IMG/VR virus record: IMGVR_UViG_3300045988_106465
Location: 1-13,010 of that record
Strand: one strand, 5' to 3'
Length of the DNA stretch: 13,010 nucleotides
Origin: a virus
The stretch's first letter is position 1. Every line of letters begins with the position of its first letter. The notes beneath the pieces are model-generated. The model ran no database searches. It saw nothing but the letters and a program-made list of their open reading frames with translations, and had not been told where the DNA came from. Of the stretch, positions 7,486 to 12,931 are shown in pieces. Made by a program: the position numbers and the translations under genes.

Positions 7486-7675
7486 CGCCAATTCTGAGCA
7501 CCTCCAAGATTCGGCTGAGCGCTTGCGTGTTGTTGTTAAGCGCATCGGTCATTTTGCTGACTTCTTCCTTGTGTGCATCGTCGCTGAGCCGTCGATCATA
7601 GAGCAGATAGCAGCAGATTGCAATGGGGAACCCCATTTGCTGAACAAACTGGACAAAAGTCTGCCAAAATTCCAT
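7472..7675 (-). CDS. Holin, BhlA/UviB-like (single N-terminal TM plus charged coiled C-terminus)
   Basis: 67 aa counted from the ATG at 7675, with GGAGGTG 5 nt upstream. The sequence is MEFWQTFVQFVQQMGFPIAICCYLLYDRRLSDDAHKEEVSKMTDALNNNTQALSRILEVL. It has one hydrophobic segment followed by a polar helix, and it lies upstream of the endolysin. The 112-aa track ORF extension covers the promoter/hairpin region and is not credited. Confidence 0.7.
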   Translation of the reverse strand: MEFWQTFVQFVQQMGFPIAICCYLLYDRRLSDDAHKEEVSKMTDALNNNTQALSRILEVLRIGDGES

Positions 7676-7687
7676 GGTAACACCTCC

Positions 7688-7775
7688 ATAATAAAAATCA
7701 GTCAACCATTTTTGTGCGGATGCCTCGCGCGCCCCGCCCCTTCTGGGGGCTGCATGTGGGAAATGGTTGACTGTT
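7688..7775 (-). ncRNA. Candidate about 85-nt structured small RNA / attenuator (promoter-proximal terminal helix, GC-rich core, U tract)
   Basis: A 13-bp perfect inverted repeat is formed by 7761-7773 and 7699-7711 (CAGUCAACCAUUU ... AAAUGGUUGACUG on the minus-strand RNA). It encloses 49 nt containing a GCCCC-CAGAA-GGGGC hairpin, an AUGC/GCAU helix and an unpaired GCGCGC. The 3' arm is followed by AUUUUUAUUAU. The predicted +1 of the upstream promoter falls 1-2 nt before the 5' arm. Confidence 0.45.
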
Positions 7776-7781
7776 GATATC

Positions 7782-7810
7782 ATTATATTCTGTTGTTGGA
7801 AAATTTGCAA
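7782..7810 (-). promoter_or_regulatory. Near-consensus SigA/sigma70 promoter (late/lysis operon and/or small RNA)
   Basis: On the minus strand: TTGCAA (7810-7805), a 17-nt spacer, then TATAAT (7787-7782). It begins 15 nt downstream of the ATPase stop codon. Confidence 0.65.
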
Positions 7811-7824
7811 TATATATTATAGTA

Positions 7825-8871
7825 TCATATCATGCCCAAATAACCACGGAAAATAAGCTCTGTATCGTAACTATCAAACGTCAAATAGTTTTCAAAATAT
7901 AGCGTTTTCATTAGCCCATAACGCTTGCGCCATTGCTCAAGGCCAAACCCCTGCGGGTCATATGCGCGCGTTTTCTGCGCGGCCCGGCAAATATAAAATT
8001 CCCGGCGCGATTTGTGGCGATACATGCCTATTGTACCAATCGTGCAAAGATAGTCAAACTCGATCAATGGCCGAGATGCAACCCTCGTCGGGTCCACATA
8101 AAACGCGTTGTTTATGGCCATTTCAATAAAATCCTGCGGCGCGTTTTTGTATAGCCCGGTCTGCATTTTCCGTCGGCTTATTGGACTATCTTGCAATATA
8201 ATCATTGCCCGGCTCCCGTCAGGCGTGCGAAAGATCATCTGTTTACCGCGAATCATTTTAATGGCCGTGCTCATAAAATCCCAACCAATATAATAGGGAT
8301 TAGCTAGCTGATTAGCATTGCCCAACAACAACGCTTTCACAGGTGCAAGGCCCTGCAATTCGCGGTTGCGGTTTACCGTTTCATAAAAATCCAAAAATGC
8401 CGTGAACTCGTTTGCAAGCGTCCGCTCCGTCGTCAGCGGAATATACTCATCAAAAACGATGGTATCAAACCCAGAAAAATCCATACCGCGAACATTTGCC
8501 AATGCTGACAAACTTGTACCCACGCCGAGTAGACAGCCATCCGGCGCGATTTTCCCACGCTTATTCTGTGCGGCCTCGTAAAACGCGACCATATCAGCGG
8601 ACAGGGAAAACGCCTGCACATTCCAGCCCATATCCTTGTTGAGTCGTGCGAAGGGGTTGCCCACAGGTGTTCGCGCTTTCAAGATCTGCGTGCCCCAGCG
8701 GCGCAACCACACAAATTTTCCGCCGCCATTGCGTGCAGTTTCAACCGCACGCTTTGCGACTCCATACGTTTTACCCGTGCCGCGCGACGACGTGACAGTC
8801 ACAAAATTAGACGCGCTATCCCAAATATAATCAATATTTGGATATCCATTATCAAGATACAACTTTCCCAT
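7825..8871 (-). CDS. DNA encapsidation (packaging) ATPase, phi29 gp16-like
   Basis: 348 aa counted from the ATG at 8871, with GGAGGG 8 nt upstream. Walker A is SSRGTGKTYG, against phi29 GARGIGKSY. FVWLRRW matches FIYVRRY. Walker B is DTIVFDEYIP, against STIVFDEFI. VNRNRELQG...LGNANQLANPYY matches VFRNRERVR...LSNAVSVVNPYF. Confidence 0.9.
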   Translation of the reverse strand: MGKLYLDNGYPNIDYIWDSASNFVTVTSSRGTGKTYGVAKRAVETARNGGGKFVWLRRWGTQILKARTPVGNPFARLNKDMGWNVQAFSLSADMVAFYEAAQNKRGKIAPDGCLLGVGTSLSALANVRGMDFSGFDTIVFDEYIPLTTERTLANEFTAFLDFYETVNRNRELQGLAPVKALLLGNANQLANPYYIGWDFMSTAIKMIRGKQMIFRTPDGSRAMIILQDSPISRRKMQTGLYKNAPQDFIEMAINNAFYVDPTRVASRPLIEFDYLCTIGTIGMYRHKSRREFYICRAAQKTRAYDPQGFGLEQWRKRYGLMKTLYFENYLTFDSYDTELIFRGYLGMI

Positions 8872-11032
8872 TTTGTTTAGCCCTCCAACTCCCAAACAGG
8901 TTGATTTTTGTAAGCAGCCTCTCATAATCCTCAGAATGTGACATTGTATAACTATTCGGTATCAACGCCACATTACGGGTAATGTGTAGATCGCGCCCAT
9001 CCACTTTAATCCAAAAATCCGCGCTGTCATTGTAAACTGATATGCTGCCAGCCGCCAGCGTCCAGACCATACCGCCATCCCGCACTCGTCGGCCTTTTTC
9101 ATCCCTTTTATAACGCCCGGCTGCATCTTGCGCATATCGTCCGGGTTTAAATGCGGACAACCCGCCAGCCTCTTTAAGCTCAAGCGCGCCCAGCGTCAAG
9201 CCTGCTGATTTGACTTTTTTCGTGCTAACACCTGAGACAGTCACACCAAGTTTACCTTCACGTTCATACGCATATCGTTTCGCCCCCTGCGTGATAAATC
9301 GGTCATAGCCATCCTCCTTGTCAAAAACGCCCATATAATACACCTTGCCATTACGATCATGTGCGAATGCTCCACAGCGTTTCGCGCGATCAACCAAGCG
9401 TGCATTCAGATGAGACAAATCAATAGGCGCATCTGTTTTAACGCTGTCTGTGTCATTATAGACAATGTTGTCTCCCGCGATCTGTATTGCCTCATGCAGC
9501 GCATAGCGCGCCCAAGCAGTCGTGTATACTCCCCACTGATAGGGGAAATATGCTTTTTCAAGCGCCTGCCGTTTTTCCTCGTCTGTTTTATGCACTGCTT
9601 GATAGTCGCCGTCAATAAATTGTATTGACTCGCGTATCGGGTCTTGCGCACTCATGCCATAGATACCATTCAATTTGTTCTTTGATTTCATATACTGATA
9701 TTGGCGCTCGTCCGCTTCATCTTCTGTTTCGCCGTCAGGGCCGTTTTTCAGCATTGTCTTATCCTGATAATATTTATCGATTACATCAAGATACTGTTTG
9801 GGCAGTGGCCCCTTGCGCGCAATCATTGCTTCTTCACATGCGATTTTATCCGCGGAATATTGGCGCATGACAATCGCCAGGTCGATTTCAGTTAAAGCGG
9901 TTGTGCAAAGATCTGCTGACAGCAAGCGGCCATTGTCAACCACAAAAGCGCTGCTTTGCGTTTTTGACAGCGACAAATAGGGCACTGGTTCCCGCTCATT
10001 GCGCAAGCGCAAGCCGGAAAACACATAACGCCCGACAACCGCGCGCCCATGCCGAATATAATCAATAATATTCGCCATTTGTAAATCTTCACCGCTGAGC
10101 CAGCGAAAGGGGGTTATCGGAAAATTTCTCGTTCGCTGCTGGGCCGGATATGCCGACGTTTCATCATATGATTCGACATTTTCAAGGATTTTGCCAACTT
10201 TATAGCGATTCGCATGCGTATCGCCGCCGCGAAACGCCGCTCGAAGCAGCGCATATTCCCGTTGATAGGGGAGAATTGATTCGATCTTCCATCTAATCGG
10301 CCACAGCGCCGCTTTAGCGTCTCGCCTGACATACCCAGTAGACGTGAGGGGCAACGTGTGGAGTGTATCTCCATCGCGTTTCATTTCCGTCTTGATCGCC
10401 TCCACAAGGCCCAATACATCGTTAATACAGTATTGCGTCTCATAGTCGGTCAAATCAGACCAAGGATAGCGCACAATATCATAATCAAAAGAGTCGCCGT
10501 CAAGCTTGCGATGCTCGCATTTCATAATTTCCGTAAATTTTGAAAGACTCATATTGCTATGCATGTAGCTGCATCGAAATTCAATACAGCCCAGCATGCG
10601 CGCATATATCGGCTTCCGAGCCTCGCGCAGAAACACTTCTTCCGGCTGGAATGGATAAAGCCCTGCCAGAAATTGGAATTCATACGCCAGATTGTGAACA
10701 AACATTACAAGATAAGGTTTTGTGTCAAGATTGTTCGATTCCTGTAAAGCCGCGCACATTTCATCAACGCGAGCAAGAAACGTGAAAAACTCATCCCAAT
10801 AGCGGCCCATGATAACATCTGAGTTTATTGCAACCTGCCACACATACATAAAAGCATGCGGCTCATCCTCGCCGTTCTCCATGCGATGTACAACCGACGT
10901 TTCGATATCAAAAGCCGCCACCACGTTGACATATTCCACTCGCTGACTTTTTGCACGCTTTCCGCGTTTTCGCGCTGCTATGCCGCTCTCATAGATACGC
11001 TCAAATGGGTAAGTCTCTGCCGTGTATATCAA
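8852..11032 (-). CDS. Protein-primed family-B DNA polymerase
   Basis: 726 aa. Exo I is FDIETS, Exo II is HNLAYEFQF and Exo III is YCINDVLGL. Motif A is SYDETSAYPAQ (phi29 DVNSLYPAQ). Motif B is KNKLNGIYGMSAQ. Motif C is VYNDTDSVK. The KxY motif is GAKRYAY. The start is TTG, overlapping the upstream stop as TTGA; the next in-frame Met lies after Exo I, so the TTG start is required. Confidence 0.92.
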   Translation of the reverse strand: MIYTAETYPFERIYESGIAARKRGKRAKSQRVEYVNVVAAFDIETSVVHRMENGEDEPHAFMYVWQVAINSDVIMGRYWDEFFTFLARVDEMCAALQESNNLDTKPYLVMFVHNLAYEFQFLAGLYPFQPEEVFLREARKPIYARMLGCIEFRCSYMHSNMSLSKFTEIMKCEHRKLDGDSFDYDIVRYPWSDLTDYETQYCINDVLGLVEAIKTEMKRDGDTLHTLPLTSTGYVRRDAKAALWPIRWKIESILPYQREYALLRAAFRGGDTHANRYKVGKILENVESYDETSAYPAQQRTRNFPITPFRWLSGEDLQMANIIDYIRHGRAVVGRYVFSGLRLRNEREPVPYLSLSKTQSSAFVVDNGRLLSADLCTTALTEIDLAIVMRQYSADKIACEEAMIARKGPLPKQYLDVIDKYYQDKTMLKNGPDGETEDEADERQYQYMKSKNKLNGIYGMSAQDPIRESIQFIDGDYQAVHKTDEEKRQALEKAYFPYQWGVYTTAWARYALHEAIQIAGDNIVYNDTDSVKTDAPIDLSHLNARLVDRAKRCGAFAHDRNGKVYYMGVFDKEDGYDRFITQGAKRYAYEREGKLGVTVSGVSTKKVKSAGLTLGALELKEAGGLSAFKPGRYAQDAAGRYKRDEKGRRVRDGGMVWTLAAGSISVYNDSADFWIKVDGRDLHITRNVALIPNSYTMSHSEDYERLLTKINLFGSWRAKQNGKVVS

Positions 11033-11721
11033 CGCCGAGCCTCGTTATCAAAAAATTCCATAGCCGCATCATAGAGCGGCCCCAGCTCGCCTTCTGTTGA
11101 CGGCTCATTGTCAAGAGCGGATAAGGCTGCTTCGATTTCCTGCTCGCGATCTGCAAGGTAATCTTGCATATCTGCAAGGACATCTTTCACAGATGCACCC
11201 TCGCGCATCTGGTCGGCCATGCGTCGCACTTCATCGCGGAATTTGTAGATGCTATAATCCTGTTTTGCGCTATCCAAAAAATGGATATAGTCCATCCAAT
11301 CCCGGACATTTGTGGGATTGATAGCGCTCTGCATATCAGACGGCAACCAATCGCGCACACCATCAACAAAGTTTTTGGTTTTCTCATCGCGCCAAAAAGA
11401 TTTGGCGGCTTTTCTGCGCAGTTCACGCTCTTTTGCGCGCCTTGTAAGTTCTCGGACACGATTATTATAATCCCTGATATACGTGTCTCGCTGCCTCTGT
11501 CTTTCCAGTTCACGCGCGCCAGACACTGTTGTGTCCTTACGCGCCGCCAAACGTTTCAGACGTGCAAGCGAGTTCCTGAGGTCTCGCGCGGTTTTAATAT
11601 CAGCCAAGCGCTCCCCCGCGTCCAGGGGATTGAATCCAGCAGACACAAGACGTCTGCTGCGATCTTGTAATAACTTTCTGAGACGGCGATATTCTGCGCG
11701 GGTTTTTTCACTGCCAACCAT
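11029..11721 (-). CDS. Putative terminal protein (replication primer protein)
   Basis: 230 aa with RBS AAGGAGG. It lies immediately upstream of, and overlaps, the polymerase, which is the phi29 gene 3 / gene 2 arrangement. The N-terminal two thirds are strongly basic and coiled-coil-like. The C-terminal third is acidic (DVLADMQDYLADREQEIEAALSALDNEPSTEGELGPLYDAAMEFFDNE). No sequence homology was recognised, so the call rests on synteny and composition. Confidence 0.5.
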   Translation of the reverse strand: MVGSEKTRAEYRRLRKLLQDRSRRLVSAGFNPLDAGERLADIKTARDLRNSLARLKRLAARKDTTVSGARELERQRQRDTYIRDYNNRVRELTRRAKERELRRKAAKSFWRDEKTKNFVDGVRDWLPSDMQSAINPTNVRDWMDYIHFLDSAKQDYSIYKFRDEVRRMADQMREGASVKDVLADMQDYLADREQEIEAALSALDNEPSTEGELGPLYDAAMEFFDNEARR

Positions 11722-11733
11722 GATACGACCTCC

Positions 11734-11763
11734 TTAAAAATGTGGCGGCCTCATAGGCCGCCA
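11734..11763 (-). terminator. Intrinsic terminator / attenuator between ssb and the terminal-protein gene
   Basis: The minus-strand RNA forms UGGCGGCC-UAUGA-GGCCGCCA, an 8-bp stem with 7 GC pairs. It is followed by CAUUUUUAA and then the AAGGAGG RBS of the next gene. Confidence 0.7.
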
Positions 11764-11768
11764 TAATA

Positions 11769-12125
11769 TCAACGTTTGCGTCTGTGTTGTGATGTGGGCT
11801 GCGTATCAGACGGCGAGCGCGACATAAAATCAAACGTTTCCACATTGACTTCATGCGTATTCACACGGCAACCATCACTATCAGTAAAGGTATAAAGCCG
11901 AATTGAACCGCACAGCGCAAGCTTGTCTCCTTTATGGCAATACTTACCAATCAGTTCAGCCGCGCCACCCCATGCCGTGCAGTGAAAAAAATCAGCCTGG
12001 TCATCTTTTTGCCGACCTGGCACGGCAATCGTGAATTTTGCCAGTGTGCGAGTTTCGTCTTTAACGTTCACTTCGCGGATTTCAGGATCAGCCATAAAAC
12101 GACCTACGATATAAAGCTTATTCAT
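11769..12125 (-). CDS. ssb: Single-stranded DNA-binding protein (OB-fold SSB)
   Basis: 118 aa. MNKLYIVGRFMADPEIREV...LAKFTIAV...DFFHCTAWGGAAELIGKYCHKGDKLALCGSIRLYTF matches the bacterial/phage SSB pattern (MNxVxLxGRLxxDPExR...FxLAV...FxxCxxWxxxAExxxxYxxKGxxVxVxGxL). The RBS is GGAGGTAGAAC, and the start overlaps the RHH stop (ATGAATAA). Confidence 0.85.
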   Translation of the reverse strand: MNKLYIVGRFMADPEIREVNVKDETRTLAKFTIAVPGRQKDDQADFFHCTAWGGAAELIGKYCHKGDKLALCGSIRLYTFTDSDGCRVNTHEVNVETFDFMSRSPSDTQPTSQHRRKR

Positions 12126-12288
12126 GTTCTACCTCCATGCGCTTCGCGCGTCTATCTTTTTCATTGTAATAGCGGTTTATAATCATTGTGAGCAGGGCTG
12201 ACCGACTGATTCGTCGTTTCTCTGCATCCGTGGTCAGGCGCTCCAAGAGCGCAGTATCTATTGTCACCGTTGCGGCTGACTTTCTCAT
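12118..12288 (-). CDS. Ribbon-helix-helix (Arc/CopG/MetJ-type) DNA-binding protein, likely transcriptional regulator
   Basis: 56 aa counted from the ATG at 12288, with GGGAGGTG 6 nt upstream. The sequence is MRKSAATVTIDTALLERLTTDAEKRRISRSALLTMIINRYY. This is the classic beta-strand (VTID) plus two-helix RHH pattern. Confidence 0.75.
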   Translation of the reverse strand: MRKSAATVTIDTALLERLTTDAEKRRISRSALLTMIINRYYNEKDRRAKRMEVEHE

Positions 12289-12520
12289 AATAAACACCTC
12301 CCGCATAAATCAGACCTTGGTAAGTGCCGCGTAGCTCTTGCCCGTCCATCGTTTGGAACGTGCACCGCCCATTGATGAACGGCAGAACATCGCCCAGAAT
12401 GTGCCATTCAGGGCGGCCGCCGGAAGGCTCCTGAATGTCTGCGCTGTACGCTTCATGCCCAAGCGCCCGGAATGCTTTGCACACTTCCTGGCTTTCTTCA
12501 CATGCGACTAAAACAAGCAT
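12161..12520 (-). CDS. N-terminal fragment of a phage methyltransferase-like family, with a tail overprinting the RHH gene (possibly a gene remnant)
   Basis: 119 aa counted from the ATG at 12520, with GGAGGTG 5 nt upstream. MLVLVACEESQEVCKAFRALGHEAYSADIQEPSGGRPEWHILGDVLPFINGRCTFQTMDGQE resembles, from memory, the N-terminus of about 200-aa phage proteins usually annotated as DNA cytosine methyltransferase. In those proteins this region is followed by WDLxIAxPPC. Here similarity stops at about residue 62-65, and the remaining residues are read out of frame across the RHH gene. Confidence 0.4.
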   Translation of the reverse strand: MLVLVACEESQEVCKAFRALGHEAYSADIQEPSGGRPEWHILGDVLPFINGRCTFQTMDGQELRGTYQGLIYAGGVYYEKVSRNGDNRYCALGAPDHGCRETTNQSVSPAHNDYKPLLQ

Positions 12521-12522
12521 TT

Positions 12523-12734
12523 TCACACCTCCACAAATTCCAAATCCCAACCACGGCCATACATGGCAAAGATCATATCTTCGGCCTGTTCACGCGTTGC
12601 AGCGTATTCGTCATTGGTCTCTTCCTCATCAGTTGCTTGGACATAGTAAGTGATAGCGCCCGTCTTTTCATCCCACAGGATATCAATTAACGTGGGGACA
12701 AAAAAATTTCGTTGTAGATCGTAGCGATTTTCAT
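12523..12734 (-). CDS. First early gene: about 70-aa strongly acidic protein, frame interrupted at a T7 run (-1 frameshift or homopolymer error)
   Basis: The ATG at 12734 has AGAGAGG 8 nt upstream. Frame 0 gives MKIATIYNEIFLSPR and stops at 12687. The -1 frame stays open from the T7 run (plus-strand A7, 12700-12706) to a TGA at 12523. It encodes VPTLIDILWDEKTGAITYYVQATDEEETNDEYAATREQAEDMIFAMYGRGWDLEFVEV, has no start codon of its own, and ends on the RBS of the next gene. Confidence 0.55.
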
Positions 12735-12798
12735 TTTGATTACCTCTCTTTCATTCGATAAAACCCGCGCCCGGAGGCCATCCCTTCGGAACAACTAT

Positions 12799-12827
12799 AT
12801 TATACCAGATTATAGTGTAATGGGCAA
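12799..12827 (-). promoter_or_regulatory. Early promoter in unique sequence just inside the right ITR (extended -10)
   Basis: On the minus strand: TTGCCC (12827-12822), a 17-nt spacer, then TGgTATAAT (TG at 12807-12806, TATAAT at 12804-12799). A second TATAAT lies at 12814-12809. Confidence 0.55.
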
Positions 12828-12847
12828 TAGCTTTTCATCCATAACTC

Positions 12848-12865
12848 TTGTTTTGTGCAAAACAA
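12848..12865. promoter_or_regulatory. Right-ITR copy of the TTGTTTTG-N2-CAAAACAA palindrome (candidate operator between the two early promoters)
   Basis: This is the mirror copy of 146-163. It lies between the ITR promoter and the unique early promoter. Confidence 0.3.
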
Positions 12866-12901
12866 CCAAAAATATACCTGGAAGATGGTTTTATATTGTG
12901 C

Positions 12902-12931
12902 ATTATGTATATCTTGTTAAAACGCTGTCAA
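12902..12931 (-). promoter_or_regulatory. ITR-internal promoter, right copy, co-directional with all genes
   Basis: On the minus strand: TTGACA, an 18-nt spacer, then CATAAT. This is the mirror of 80-109. Confidence 0.4.

Noticed and set aside
6525-7497. Plus-strand ORFs of 119 aa and 302 aa, and a minus-strand 122-aa ORF (6612-6980), with poly-Ala or Cys/Gly runs
   Set aside because: These are off-frame or antisense readings of the GC-rich CTGCGG/CTGCTG coding repeat and of the endolysin gene. Their composition is low-complexity and they have no RBS.
7676-7810. N-terminal 45-codon extension of the holin ORF (track ORF 7472-7810)
   Set aside because: The extension covers the promoter, the 13-bp inverted repeat and the U tract. 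It has no RBS, whereas the internal ATG at 7675 has GGAGGTG at ideal spacing.
8872-8925. N-terminal 18-codon extension of the ATPase ORF
   Set aside because: It lies inside the polymerase 3' end, and the ATG at 8871 has a GGAGGG RBS. The extension sequence MRGCLQKSTCLGVGGLNK is not part of the gp16-like alignment.
12118-12288. The RHH protein as evidence for a lysogeny (CI/Cro-like) switch, making this a temperate element
   Set aside because: The window contains no integrase, recombinase, partition or excision gene and no attachment-site-like repeats. RHH regulators are also common in strictly lytic phages.
12310-12501. 63-aa minus-strand ORF in an alternative frame within the methyltransferase-like gene
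   Set aside because: It is nested completely in the better-supported frame, has no RBS, and has a basic low-complexity composition.
12757-12792. GC-rich segment in the early leader (CCGAAGG-GAUGG-CCUCCGG followed by GCGCGGGUUUUAU) that looked like a terminator or riboswitch-like hairpin
   Set aside because: On the transcribed minus strand the 7-bp stem carries an A-C mismatch and is separated from the U run by 7 nt. It is too weak to call.
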